Assembly (NCBI RefSeq): GCF_003018255.1
Contig: NZ_CP027440.1
Source of the DNA: Escherichia coli
Lineage (GTDB): Bacteria > Pseudomonadota > Gammaproteobacteria > Enterobacterales > Enterobacteriaceae
DNA: 64,000 bases
Reading direction: 5' to 3' (one strand)
In this document: piece by piece, positions 1-10,084 of the stretch
How the letters are laid out: each line of letters starts with the position of its first letter
How positions within the stretch are numbered: the first letter of the stretch is position 1
The notes under the pieces: generated by a model
What the model was told of the DNA's origin: nothing
The model's database searches: none
Seen by the model: only the letters and a program-made list of their open reading frames with translations
Translations under genes and position numbers: made by a program

Positions 1-1512
1 CATTCGTTTCGCTCGCTGTGATTGTATTGACGGCACACTTTGCGAACATGTCGTACTGGCTGTGCAGGCCTTCGTCGAGGCCAAAACTCAGCAAGCGGAA
101 TTTACTCATTTAATCTGGCAGATGCGCAGCGAACACGTCACATCATCTGACGATCCGTTTGCCAGCGAAGAGGGCAACGCGTGTCGTCAATATGTTCAGC
201 AATTAAGTCAGGCATTATGGCTGGGCGGCATCAGCCAGCCGCCAATCCATTACGAGGCCGCTTTCAGCCGCGCACAGCAGGCGGCGGAACGCTGCAACTG
301 GCGATGGGTGAGTGAATCGCTACGGCAACTGCGCGCCAGCGTTGATGCCTTCCACGCCCGCGCCAGCCACTATCATGCCGGAAAATGCTTGTGCCAGCTT
401 GCGGCGTTAACCAGTCGCTTGAACAGTGCACAAGAGATAGCGCGACGTGACAGTGTCGGTGAAGTACCGCCCATGCCGTGGCGCACGGTCGTTGGCTCTG
501 GCATTGCCGGAGAAGCAAAGCTTGATCATCTGCGGCTGGTGTCTTTAGGTATGCGTTGCTGGCAGGATATTGAGCATTATGGTTTACCGATCCCGACACC
601 GGCAGTATTTTGCATCTTTCGCGTAGTTGGCCGAGAAGCGAACAGGAAAACTCACCGGCAGCGACGCGTCGGCTGTTTAGTTTTCAGGCTGGCGCACTGG
701 CGGGCGGGCAAATTGTTTCACAAGCAGCAAAACGCAGTGCCGATGGCGAGCTGCTGTTAGCTACCCGCAACCGCTTAAGCAGCGTTGTGCCGCTGTCGCC
801 TGATGCCTGGCAAATGTTGAGCGCGCCGTTACGCCAGCCGGGCATTGTGGCTTTGCGGGAATATTTACGCCAGCGTCCCCCCGCCTGCATACGGCCTCTT
901 AATCAGGTCGATAACTTATTTATTCTGCCGGTCGCTGAGTGTATTTCGCTCGGTTGGGATAGCAGCCGCCAGACGCTGGATGCGCAGGTAATCAGCGGCG
1001 AAGGTGAAGATAATCTGCTGACGTTATCACTGCCAGCCTCAGCCAGCGCGCCTTATGCCGTTGAACGCATGGCGGCGCTTTTGCAACAAACAGACGACCC
1101 CGTGTGTCTGGTTTCTGGCTTTGTCAGCTTTGTAGAGGGGCAATTGACACTGGAACCACAGGTAATGATGACAAAGACTCGTGCCTGGGCGCTGGACGCA
1201 GAAACTGCGCCTGTGGTGGCATCACTACCTTCTGCCAGCGTTCTGCCTGTGCCGTCTACTGCTCATCAGTTGCTGATGCGCTGCCAGGCGTTACTTATTC
1301 AACTGCTCCATAACGGCTGGCGCTATCAGGAACATAGTGCTATTGGTCAGGCAGAGTTGCTGGCGAATGACCTCACCGCGGTGGGTTTTTATCGGCTGGC
1401 ACATGTGTTGGGACAATTTCGTAATACAGAAAGCGAGGCACGGGTAGAAGCAATGAATAACGGTGTTTTGCTGTGCGAACAATTATTCCCCATGCTTCAG
1501 CAACAAGGATGA
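1..1512 (+). pseudogene. yehQ: SWIM zinc-finger protein YehQ, C-terminal ~500 codons, split across two overlapping same-strand reading frames (frame open from window start to 760; second frame open 574..1512)
   Basis: SWIM-like CxCx5CxH motif (CDCIDGTLCEH) translated from bases 17-49; two long overlapping ORFs in different frames imply a frameshift near 580-760; position upstream of yehR. Confidence 0.55.
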
Positions 1513-1636
1513 AATAGTGCTTTTTACTAAGAGTTCTACTCCAGTTCCGGACTGCTCACGCCACGGTATTAGGCATATCCTATATAGCCCCTGGTGAGAG
1601 TCACCAGTTCCTTGATTAAATAAAATGGAGTTTTAC

Positions 1637-2098
1637 ATGAAGGCTTTCAATAAGCTGTTTTCCCTCGTTGTTGCATCTGTTCTGGTTTTCTCTCTTGCTG
1701 GCTGCGGTGACAAAGAAGAATCGAAAAAATTCAGCGCCAATCTGAACGGTACTGAAATTGCCATTACCTATGTCTACAAAGGTGACAAGGTGCTTAAGCA
1801 ATCTTCTGAAACCAAAATTCAATTTGCCTCCATTGGTGCAACCACCAAAGAAGACGCTGCCAGGACACTTGAGCCGTTAAGCGCCAAATACAAAAACATC
1901 GCGGGTGTTGAAGAAAAATTAACCTATACCGATACCTACGCGCAGGAAAACGTGACTATCGATATGGAAAAAGTGGATTTTAAAGCCCTGCAGGGTATTT
2001 CAGGAATCAACGTTTCTGCTGAAGATGCCAAAAAAGGTATCACTATGGCGCAAATGGAACTGGTGATGAAAGCCGCTGGTTTTAAAGAAGTGAAATAA
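1637..2098 (+). CDS. yehR: lipoprotein YehR (DUF1307)
   Basis: 153-aa ORF with signal peptide and lipobox (LAGC); GGAG RBS 6 nt upstream of ATG 1637; track ORF 1625 start rejected. Confidence 0.9.
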   Translation: MKAFNKLFSLVVASVLVFSLAGCGDKEESKKFSANLNGTEIAITYVYKGDKVLKQSSETKIQFASIGATTKEDAARTLEPLSAKYKNIAGVEEKLTYTDTYAQENVTIDMEKVDFKALQGISGINVSAEDAKKGITMAQMELVMKAAGFKEVK

Positions 2099-2104
2099 TC
2101 TGTC

Positions 2105-2130
2105 GGCGGCCATGTTTTTGCATGGCCGCC
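2105..2130. terminator. bidirectional hairpin between convergent yehR and yehS
   Basis: GGCGGCCATG-tttttg-CATGGCCGCC, perfect 10-bp stem. Confidence 0.55.
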
Positions 2131-2139
2131 ATACCCGTC

Positions 2140-2610
2140 TTAGCTTTTCTTCACATGCTGGCGCGCTGCCAGTCCACGCAGAAAATAACGTAAAAATTGA
2201 TCGCCGCATTCGCGGAAGTTTTTATGATCCGGTGCACGCATCATCGCCGTAATTTCCGGCATCGAAACACGGAACTGCTGTTCGGTAAGGATCGCCAGAA
2301 TGTCATCGGTTTTCAGCGAAAACGTGATGCGTAATTTTTTCAGCACGATGTTGTTATTAATGCGACGTTCCGGCTCCATTGCCGGAGCAGACTCATCCTT
2401 GCCACGTTTTTCATAAATCAGGCCATTGAGGAAGGAAGACAAAACAATGTCCGGACAACGCTGAAAACCCTCTTCGTCTTCTTTACGTAGCCAGACGGCG
2501 ATCTGTTCCGCGGTGGCTTCGACATTACCCAGCGCCAGAATACGCACCAGGTCATTATTATTGGCTTTCAAAATGTAGCGCACGCTGCGCAGAATATCGT
2601 TACTTAGCAT
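2140..2610 (-). CDS. yehS: DUF1456 family protein YehS
   Basis: 156-aa ORF starting MLSNDILRSV with GAAGG RBS; conserved position next to btsR. Confidence 0.85.
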   Translation of the reverse strand: MLSNDILRSVRYILKANNNDLVRILALGNVEATAEQIAVWLRKEDEEGFQRCPDIVLSSFLNGLIYEKRGKDESAPAMEPERRINNNIVLKKLRITFSLKTDDILAILTEQQFRVSMPEITAMMRAPDHKNFRECGDQFLRYFLRGLAARQHVKKS

Positions 2611-2656
2611 GAGGCCTTCAGGTGTTGATGAGGCAAAAAGCCATTTTAGCAGTCTT

Positions 2657-3376
2657 TTACAGGCCAATCGCCTCTTTTAAGCTTTTCAGATAACGACGGC
2701 TGACCGGCACGGTTAAGCCATTACGCAAAATCAACTCGGCCTGGCCGTTATCTTCCAGACGAATCTCCTGTAAATGCGCGAGGTTAACCAGATACTGACG
2801 ATGGCAGCGTAGTAGTGGTGTACGACTCTCCAGGGTACGTAATGTCAGTTCGGTAAAGCCCTCTTTCCCTTCGTGACTGGTAACGTAGACACCGCTCATC
2901 CGACTGCTGACAAATGCCACATCTTTCATTTGCAGCAAATAAATCCGACTATGCCCCGTACAAGGGATAAATTTCAGCGCCTGTTGATTTTCCGGTAACA
3001 ACGAAACATCCTGCTTGCTGCGCTCCAGACGCAATCGCGCCAGCGTTTTCTCCAGTCGCGCTTCATCAATTGGCTTCAGCAGATAATCAAAGGCATGTTC
3101 TTCAAAGGCTTTAATGGCGTATTCATCAAACGCGGTGAGAAAAACAATATACGGACGATGTTCCGGGTCGAGCATCCCCACCATTTCCAGACCACTGATG
3201 CGCGGCATCTGGATATCGAGGAACAGCACATCCGGGCGCAGTTTATGCACCGCGCCGATCCCTTCCACGGCGTTTGAACACTCACCAACGATTTCAATAT
3301 CGCTCTGCTCCTGCAAAAATACGCGCAGGTTCTCCCGTGCTAACGGTTCATCATCGACAATTAAGACTTTAATCAT
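2657..3376 (-). CDS. btsR: LytTR-family response regulator BtsR (YehT)
   Basis: receiver domain ([16 protein letters not shown]) plus C-terminal LytTR domain; ATGA start/stop overlap with btsS. Confidence 0.92.
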   Translation of the reverse strand: MIKVLIVDDEPLARENLRVFLQEQSDIEIVGECSNAVEGIGAVHKLRPDVLFLDIQMPRISGLEMVGMLDPEHRPYIVFLTAFDEYAIKAFEEHAFDYLLKPIDEARLEKTLARLRLERSKQDVSLLPENQQALKFIPCTGHSRIYLLQMKDVAFVSSRMSGVYVTSHEGKEGFTELTLRTLESRTPLLRCHRQYLVNLAHLQEIRLEDNGQAELILRNGLTVPVSRRYLKSLKEAIGL

Positions 3377-5058
3377 GCCTCGTCCCTCCATGGTAGTCGT
3401 AACGTTATTCGGGTGTAACAATCAGGCTCACAGGCGACGCTTATCCCATAGTCATCGCCAAACCGTTCACGTAAACGCTTATCCACCAGATTCATCCCCA
3501 GCCCACTGGCATTGGTTACCGGTTGATACAAACCGGCATTGTCTTCGATCTCCAGCATCAAATGTTGCCCCTCACGTCGGGCGCTGATTGCCACTCGCCC
3601 TGTATCCAGCAGTTGTGATGTCCCATGTTTAATGGCGTTTTCCACTATCGGTTGCAGGGTAAACGCGGGCAATTGCTGCTGGGATAATTCTTGCGGAATA
3701 GCAATGTTGACCTGCAACCGCGACTGGAAGCGCGCCTTTTCAATTTGCAGATAAGCGTTCACATGTTCAATTTCGTCTGCGAGAGTAACAAACTCCGAAG
3801 GCCGCTTTAAGTTTTTGCGGAAAAAAGTGGAAAGATACTGGACCAGCTGGCTGGCCTGTTCGCTGTCGCGGCGGATCACCGCTTTAATGGTGTTAAGCGC
3901 ATTAAACAAAAAATGGGGGTTCACCTGGGCGTGAAGCAGTTTGATCTCTGACTGGGTGAGCATCGCTTTTTGCCGCTCATATTGCCCGGCGAGGATCTGC
4001 GCCGAAAGCAGTTGCGCAATCCCCTCGCCCAGCGTGCGGTTGATTGAACTGAATAAACGGTTTTTGGCTTCATACAATTTGATGGTGCCCATCACCCGCT
4101 GATTTTCGCCACGCAACGGAATGACCAGCGTCGACCCCAGTTTGCATTGCGGATGCAAAGAGCAACGATAAGGTACTTCGTTGCCATCAGCGTAGACCAC
4201 TTCACCGGTTTCAATCGCTTTTAAGGTGTAAGTCGAAGAAATCGGTTTGCCGGGTAAATGGTGGTCGTCACCAATTCCGGTAAAGGCCAGCAATTTCTCT
4301 CGATCGGTAATCGCGACTGCACCAATATCCAGCTCCTGATACAGCACCTGTGCCACTTTCATGCTGTTCACTTCGTTAAACCCCTGGCGCAAAATGCCTT
4401 CCGTCGAGGCAGCCACTTTTAGCGCAGTGGCAGAAAAAGCCGAAGTGTATTTTTCAAACATCGCGCGTTTATCGAGCAATATACGCATAAACAGCGCCGC
4501 GCCGACGGTATTGGTAACCATCATTGGCGCAGCAATATTACTCACCAGACGCACCGCATCTTCATAAGGTCGGGCGATCGCCAGGATGATCAACATTTGC
4601 ACCATTTCAGCGACGAACGTGACGGCACCGGCGGTAATGGGGTTAAAGACTTTATCAGTGCGCCCGCGACGGATCAGGATGCTGTGTACCAGGCCGCCGA
4701 GCAACCCTTCAACGATGGTCGAGATCATGCAACTTAGCGCGGTCATGCCCCCCATCGAATATCGATGTAACCCGCCGGTCAGACCAACCAGCCCACCGAC
4801 GACCGGACCGCCGAGTAAGCCGCCCATTACCGCGCCTATCGCACGGGTATTGGCAATAGAATCGTCAATGTGCAACCCAAACCAGGTGCCCATGATGCAG
4901 AAGATGGAAAAAACGATGTAGCAGAGAAATTTATGCGGCAGACGAACCGTGACCTGCATTAACGGTATGAATAATGGCGTTTTACTCATTAACCACGCAA
5001 TGACTAAAAAAACGCACATCTGCTGAAGCAGCAGCAACACCAGATTAAAATCGTACAT
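3373..5058 (-). CDS. btsS: LytS-type sensor histidine kinase BtsS (YehU)
   Basis: 561-aa ORF, N-terminal multi-TM 5TMR-LYT region, GAF and His-kinase domains; start ATG 5058 (MYDFNLV), track GTG 5073 rejected. Confidence 0.92.
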   Translation of the reverse strand: MYDFNLVLLLLQQMCVFLVIAWLMSKTPLFIPLMQVTVRLPHKFLCYIVFSIFCIMGTWFGLHIDDSIANTRAIGAVMGGLLGGPVVGGLVGLTGGLHRYSMGGMTALSCMISTIVEGLLGGLVHSILIRRGRTDKVFNPITAGAVTFVAEMVQMLIILAIARPYEDAVRLVSNIAAPMMVTNTVGAALFMRILLDKRAMFEKYTSAFSATALKVAASTEGILRQGFNEVNSMKVAQVLYQELDIGAVAITDREKLLAFTGIGDDHHLPGKPISSTYTLKAIETGEVVYADGNEVPYRCSLHPQCKLGSTLVIPLRGENQRVMGTIKLYEAKNRLFSSINRTLGEGIAQLLSAQILAGQYERQKAMLTQSEIKLLHAQVNPHFLFNALNTIKAVIRRDSEQASQLVQYLSTFFRKNLKRPSEFVTLADEIEHVNAYLQIEKARFQSRLQVNIAIPQELSQQQLPAFTLQPIVENAIKHGTSQLLDTGRVAISARREGQHLMLEIEDNAGLYQPVTNASGLGMNLVDKRLRERFGDDYGISVACEPDCYTRITLRLPWRDEA

Positions 5059-5279
5059 ACTCGCAAACCACACTTCCCTTTAAAACGCGTAACATACATT
5101 GCTTGCGTTTAACTTTCTTTGAACTCTTGCAGAAAAATGAGAATTCGTGAGTACGATCACTCAAAATCGCCTGGCAAAAATAAAATCACCCTATAGATGC
5201 ACAAAAAACGGGCAAAACTACCTGGTTCGCAAAACTGCGTCTAAAGTTAAACCGGGACCTCGCGAGCAAGGGTGAGACG

Positions 5280-6011
5280 ATGGCGCTTTACACAATTGGT
5301 GAAGTGGCGTTGCTTTGTGATATTAACCCTGTCACGTTACGCGCGTGGCAGAGGCGTTACGGATTGCTGAAACCGCAACGGACAGACGGCGGTCATCGGC
5401 TGTTCAATGATGCCGATATTGACCGGATCCGCGAGATCAAACGCTGGATCGACAACGGCGTGCAGGTCAGCAAAGTTAAAATGCTGCTCAGTAATGAAAA
5501 TGTTGATGTGCAGAACGGCTGGCGCGATCAGCAAGAAACATTACTAACTTACCTGCAAAGCGGCAATCTGCATAGCCTGCGAACGTGGATCAAAGAGCGC
5601 GGTCAGGATTACCCCGCCCAGACACTCACCACGCACCTGTTTATTCCTCTGCGCCGACGACTTCAGTGCCAACAACCGACTCTCCAGGCGCTGCTGGCGA
5701 TCCTCGACGGCGTACTGATCAACTACATCGCCATTTGTCTGGCTTCGGCACGTAAAAAACAGGGTAAAGATGCGCTGGTGGTTGGCTGGAATATTCACGA
5801 TACCACCCGTCTGTGGCTGGAGGGCTGGATTGCCAGTCAACAAGGATGGCGCATTGATGTCCTCGCCCACTCGCTCAATCAACTACGCCCTGAACTGTTC
5901 GAAGGCCGTACATTGCTGGTGTGGTGCGGTGAAAATCGAACCTCCGCCCAACAGCAGCAACTCACCAGTTGGCAGGAACAAGGCCATGATATTTTCCCAC
6001 TCGGCATTTAA
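5280..6011 (+). CDS. mlrA: MerR-family transcriptional regulator MlrA
   Basis: 243-aa ORF with N-terminal MerR HTH (YTIGEVALLCDINPVTLRAWQRRYGL). Confidence 0.92.
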   Translation: MALYTIGEVALLCDINPVTLRAWQRRYGLLKPQRTDGGHRLFNDADIDRIREIKRWIDNGVQVSKVKMLLSNENVDVQNGWRDQQETLLTYLQSGNLHSLRTWIKERGQDYPAQTLTTHLFIPLRRRLQCQQPTLQALLAILDGVLINYIAICLASARKKQGKDALVVGWNIHDTTRLWLEGWIASQQGWRIDVLAHSLNQLRPELFEGRTLLVWCGENRTSAQQQQLTSWQEQGHDIFPLGI

Positions 6012-6070
6012 TCATTCGTTAACAAATGCGCTTTACTGTACAATCCTTTCGTTAACATAAGGAGTGCATT

Positions 6071-6178
6071 ATGCGCATAGCTAAAATTGGGGTCATCGCC
6101 CTGTTCCTGTTTATGGCGTTAGGCGGAATTGGTGGCGTCATGCTCGCAGGTTATACCTTTATTTTGCGTGCTGGCTGA
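6071..6178 (+). CDS. yohO: small membrane protein YohO (35 aa)
   Basis: ATG 6071, translation [35 protein letters not shown], single TM helix; GGAG RBS at 6061-6064; 3-prime end overlaps yehW stop region convergently. Confidence 0.7.
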
Positions 6179-6890
6179 ACGCCTGCACCAGCCTTTCAAA
6201 CAGGCGGTCTGCGATGATCGCCGCCAGTGCCACCAGTAACGCTCCCTGGATCACATACGCGGTATTAAATCCGCTAAGTCCGATGATGATGGGCGTACCC
6301 AGCGTGTTGGCCCCTACCGTTGAGGCGATCGTCGCCGTGCCAATGTTGATAATCACCGAAGTTCGTACACCCGCCAGAATCACCGGAGCTGCCAGCGGTA
6401 GCTCGACCTTACGCAGTCGCTGACTACAGCTCATTCCCATGCCTTTGGCAACTTCGGTCACGCTGGCATCAATCGATCCCAGCCCGGCAAGTGTCGCCTG
6501 CAGGACGGGCAGCACACCGTAAAGGATCAAGGCGATAATCGCCGGTTGCTGACCAAAGCCGATCACCGGAACGGCAATCGCCAGCACTGCAACGGGCGGA
6601 AAAGTCTGTCCAACGGCGGCAATAGTTTCCACCAGTGGACGAAATTCCGCGCCCCAAGGGCGAGTGACAGCAATTCCGGCACCAGTACCAATGATCACCG
6701 CAAACAAACTCGAAATTCCCACCAGCCAGAAATGAGCCAGTGCCAGAGCTGCAAAGCTTTCCTGCTGATAAACGGGTCGTGGCAGTTGTGGGAACAAGGC
6801 AGCAAACAGCGGCTGGCTGTAAGGCAGCCAGAAAATCAGCGCCACAAACAGAGCAATCAGCCAGAACAGCGGATCGCGCAACATCTTCAT
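6159..6890 (-). CDS. yehW: ABC transporter permease YehW (osmoprotectant uptake system)
   Basis: 243-aa polytopic membrane protein; first gene position in yehZYXW-type operon. Confidence 0.9.
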
Positions 6891-6894
6891 ACGA

Positions 6895-7821
6895 TTACGC
6901 CTCCTCCAGCAGATCCTGAAAATGCAGCGTGCCGCAAGGCTCGCCCTGCGTGTTCACCACCGGCAGCACCTCGCATCCCCGCGCGACAAACAGAGAAAGC
7001 GCATCGCGTAGCGTCATCTCTTCTGCCAGCGCCTCACCTTCTGCCCGTTCTTCGCGACGCACGTAATCCGCCACGCTACGTAACGAAAGCAGGCGGACAC
7101 CCAGTTCACTATGCCCAAAAAACTGGCGGACAAAATCATTCGTCGGACGAGTCAGCATCGTCAGCGGATTGCCCTGCTGCACCACTTCACCGTGATCCAT
7201 CAACACCAGATGTTCTGCCAGTCGTAGCGCCTCATCAATATCATGAGTGACCAGCACAATGGTACGCCCCAGCAAACGGTGTATGCGCGTCATCTCTTGT
7301 TGCAACGCGCCGCGCGTTACCGGGTCCAGCGCGCCAAAAGGTTCATCCATCAGTAAGACTTGCGGATCGGCAGCCAGCGCGCGGGCCACTCCCACACGTT
7401 GCTGCTGACCACCGGAAAGCTGATGCGGATAACGCTCACGCAAATTTGGCTCCAGCCCCAGTAGCGCCATTAATTCGTCGATACGATCGTCGATCCGCGC
7501 CCGTGACCATTTTTGTAATTGCGGCACGGTGGCAATATTTTGCGCCACGCTCCAGTGGGGAAACAGGCCAATAGATTGAATGGCATAGCCCATCCGGCGG
7601 CGCAACTCCAGCACTGGCAGCGAGCGAATTTCTTCTCCGGCAAAGCGGATCACGCCACTGTCATGCTCCACCAGGCGGTTAATCATTTTCAGAGTGGTGG
7701 ATTTACCGGAACCCGACGTGCCAATCAGTACCGAAAAACTCCCTTCCTGAAAATTGAGATTGAGATCGTTAACGGCTTTTTGTGCGCCGAACAGTTTGCT
7801 GACATGGCTAAATTCAATCAT
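6895..7821 (-). CDS. yehX: ABC transporter ATP-binding protein YehX
   Basis: Walker [13 protein letters not shown] signature LSGGQQQR, Walker B LLLMDEP, C-terminal CBS-like region. Confidence 0.93.
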   Translation of the reverse strand: MIEFSHVSKLFGAQKAVNDLNLNFQEGSFSVLIGTSGSGKSTTLKMINRLVEHDSGVIRFAGEEIRSLPVLELRRRMGYAIQSIGLFPHWSVAQNIATVPQLQKWSRARIDDRIDELMALLGLEPNLRERYPHQLSGGQQQRVGVARALAADPQVLLMDEPFGALDPVTRGALQQEMTRIHRLLGRTIVLVTHDIDEALRLAEHLVLMDHGEVVQQGNPLTMLTRPTNDFVRQFFGHSELGVRLLSLRSVADYVRREERAEGEALAEEMTLRDALSLFVARGCEVLPVVNTQGEPCGTLHFQDLLEEA

Positions 7822-8971
7822 TACGTTTCACCTTCAGCAGTGCGATAAGCAAATCGAACAGCGCGTCGGTAAGCACCGCCAGAACAATTACCGGGATCAC
7901 CCCCAGCAACACTAAATCAATGGCACTGCTTAGCAGCCCCTGGAAAACCAGCGCACCAAAACCGCCTGCGCCGATTAACGCCGCAATCACCGCCATGCCA
8001 ACGGTTTGTACCATCACCACCCGCAGGCTGCGCAGAAATACCGGTAACGCCAGCGGTAACTGAACATGCAGGAAACGCTGCACCCCGCTCATCCCCATCG
8101 CTCTGGCGCTCTCCAGCACATCGCGCGGGATCTGGTTCAAGCCGACTACTACGCCGCGCACCAGCGGCAGCAAGGCATAGAGCACCAGCGCAATCAGTGC
8201 GGGTGTCATTCCGGTTCCTGCTATGCCGAGCGTTCCCAGCCACGGAAAGGCCGTAACCAGCGCGGCAAGCGGCGCAATCAGCAGGCCAAAGAGCGCTACC
8301 GAAGGCACGGTCTGAATGACATTCAGCAGAGAAAAAATCGCCCCCTGCCGCGCGGTGGAAAAGTAGCACCAGATGCCCAACGGCACACCAATCACTAACG
8401 CAGGCAGCACCGCACCAAACAGCAACGTCAGATGTTGTGCCAGCGCGTCGTCAAACACATCCTGACGGTTGGCGTATTCTTTCATTAACGAGAGATCGTT
8501 AAGCGTGCCGGAGTACAGCAACCACAGCGGAACAATGGCAATCTGCATATGCAACAACCAGCGCCACAGCGGATGCGTGGAGATTCGGCGGATGGCATCG
8601 CTACAGGCCAGCAGTGCCAGCGCCGCAGCCAGCCAGAAACCACTTCCGAGGCTGGTACGCGCCAGCGCACTGCCATTTTGCGCCAGTTGTGTCGCCGCCT
8701 TTCCAGCTCCCCACACCAGCAATACGAAGACGAATTGCGCCAGAATGAGTGCAAAAATGCTGCCTTTTTTAGCGGGAATAAAACAGGCTGTCAGCCAGGC
8801 GCAACCAACGCCCACCAGCATCCAGAGAGTTTGCGGCCACAGCTGCCAGAGATGACGCCCCTCACCCGAAACTAAACGATTAGGTGCGTAACTGATAAAC
8901 GGCAGCGCCGCTGCGATTGCCGTCAGCAACAGCAGCAGCGCCAGAACAGGATTAATACGGAAATAAGTCAC
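7814..8971 (-). CDS. yehY: ABC transporter permease YehY
   Basis: 385-aa polytopic membrane protein; GTG start; 8-bp overlap with yehX. Confidence 0.9.
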   Translation of the reverse strand: MTYFRINPVLALLLLLTAIAAALPFISYAPNRLVSGEGRHLWQLWPQTLWMLVGVGCAWLTACFIPAKKGSIFALILAQFVFVLLVWGAGKAATQLAQNGSALARTSLGSGFWLAAALALLACSDAIRRISTHPLWRWLLHMQIAIVPLWLLYSGTLNDLSLMKEYANRQDVFDDALAQHLTLLFGAVLPALVIGVPLGIWCYFSTARQGAIFSLLNVIQTVPSVALFGLLIAPLAALVTAFPWLGTLGIAGTGMTPALIALVLYALLPLVRGVVVGLNQIPRDVLESARAMGMSGVQRFLHVQLPLALPVFLRSLRVVMVQTVGMAVIAALIGAGGFGALVFQGLLSSAIDLVLLGVIPVIVLAVLTDALFDLLIALLKVKRND

Positions 8972-8977
8972 GGGAAA

Positions 8978-9895
8978 TTACTTCGTCCACCCTTTTTGTT
9001 TCAGGTAGTCGGCTGCCACTTTTTTGGCATCCAGTCCTTCCACTGCAATGCTGGCATTCAGCTGCTGCAATGTTTTTTCATCGAGGCTGGCGAAGACTGG
9101 CTGTAGCCACTGTGCTATTTGCGGATACTCTTTCAGCACCGACTCACGCACCACTGGCGCAGGCGCGTAGATAGGTTGCACGCCTTGCGGATCGCTTAAA
9201 GTTTGCAGCCCCAGCGCCGCGACCGGGCCGTCAGTGCCGTAAGCCATCGCCGCATTAACGCCAGAGGTTTGCTGGGCAGCGGCTTTGATCGTCACCGCCG
9301 TGTCACCACCGGCCAGTGACAGCAACTGATCCTGACTGAGCTTAAAGCCATAGGCTTTTTCAAACGCGGGTAAGGCATCGGCGCGTTCGATAAACTCTGC
9401 CGAGGCTGCCAGTTTAAAGGTGCCGCCCTCTTTCAGATAACGACTCAGGTCGGCAAGCGAAGTGAGTTTGTTTTTCTCTGCCACATCCTGACGCACGGCG
9501 ATGGTCCAGGTGTTATTTGCAGGCGCGGGCGTCAGCCAGATTAACTTGTTTTGCTCTGCATCGAGTTTTTTGACTTTCTCATAGCCTTGCTGCGCGTTTT
9601 TCCATGCCGTATCGTTTTCATCTTTAAAGAAAAACGCGCCATTGCCAGTATATTCCGGATAGATATCCAGCTCGCCAGAAGTGATCGCCCCGCGCACTAC
9701 GGGAGTCGTTCCCAGCTGCACTTTATTTACCGTAGGAACGCCGTGACTTTCCAGCACCTGCAAAATGATATTGCCGAGCAGCGCGCCTTCCGTATCGATT
9801 TTTGAACCAACCTTAACGGGGGAAGCCGCCTGTAGCGGCAGGCTCACGGCTGCCAACAAAACCAGTGAACCTGCCCAGACCTTTGAGAGTGGCAT
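8978..9895 (-). CDS. osmF: periplasmic glycine-betaine-type substrate-binding protein OsmF (YehZ)
   Basis: 305-aa ORF with signal peptide (LVLLAAVSLPLQA); operon context. Confidence 0.9.
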   Translation of the reverse strand: MPLSKVWAGSLVLLAAVSLPLQAASPVKVGSKIDTEGALLGNIILQVLESHGVPTVNKVQLGTTPVVRGAITSGELDIYPEYTGNGAFFFKDENDTAWKNAQQGYEKVKKLDAEQNKLIWLTPAPANNTWTIAVRQDVAEKNKLTSLADLSRYLKEGGTFKLAASAEFIERADALPAFEKAYGFKLSQDQLLSLAGGDTAVTIKAAAQQTSGVNAAMAYGTDGPVAALGLQTLSDPQGVQPIYAPAPVVRESVLKEYPQIAQWLQPVFASLDEKTLQQLNASIAVEGLDAKKVAADYLKQKGWTK

Positions 9896-10038
9896 GATGC
9901 TTTCCTCATTCTTTTACTGTTGTTTTCAGCGAATTAAGAGAAAAGCATAGTTGATAATGGCGGAGTTAGCCTGAGCGGACGGATTCAGTTGCAGAATCAG
10001 ATAAATACTTAAAAGGCATATTTTGCCCGGCGTTTCTT

Positions 10039-10072
<34 letters not shown>

Positions 10073-10084
10073 AAACATCGAAAA

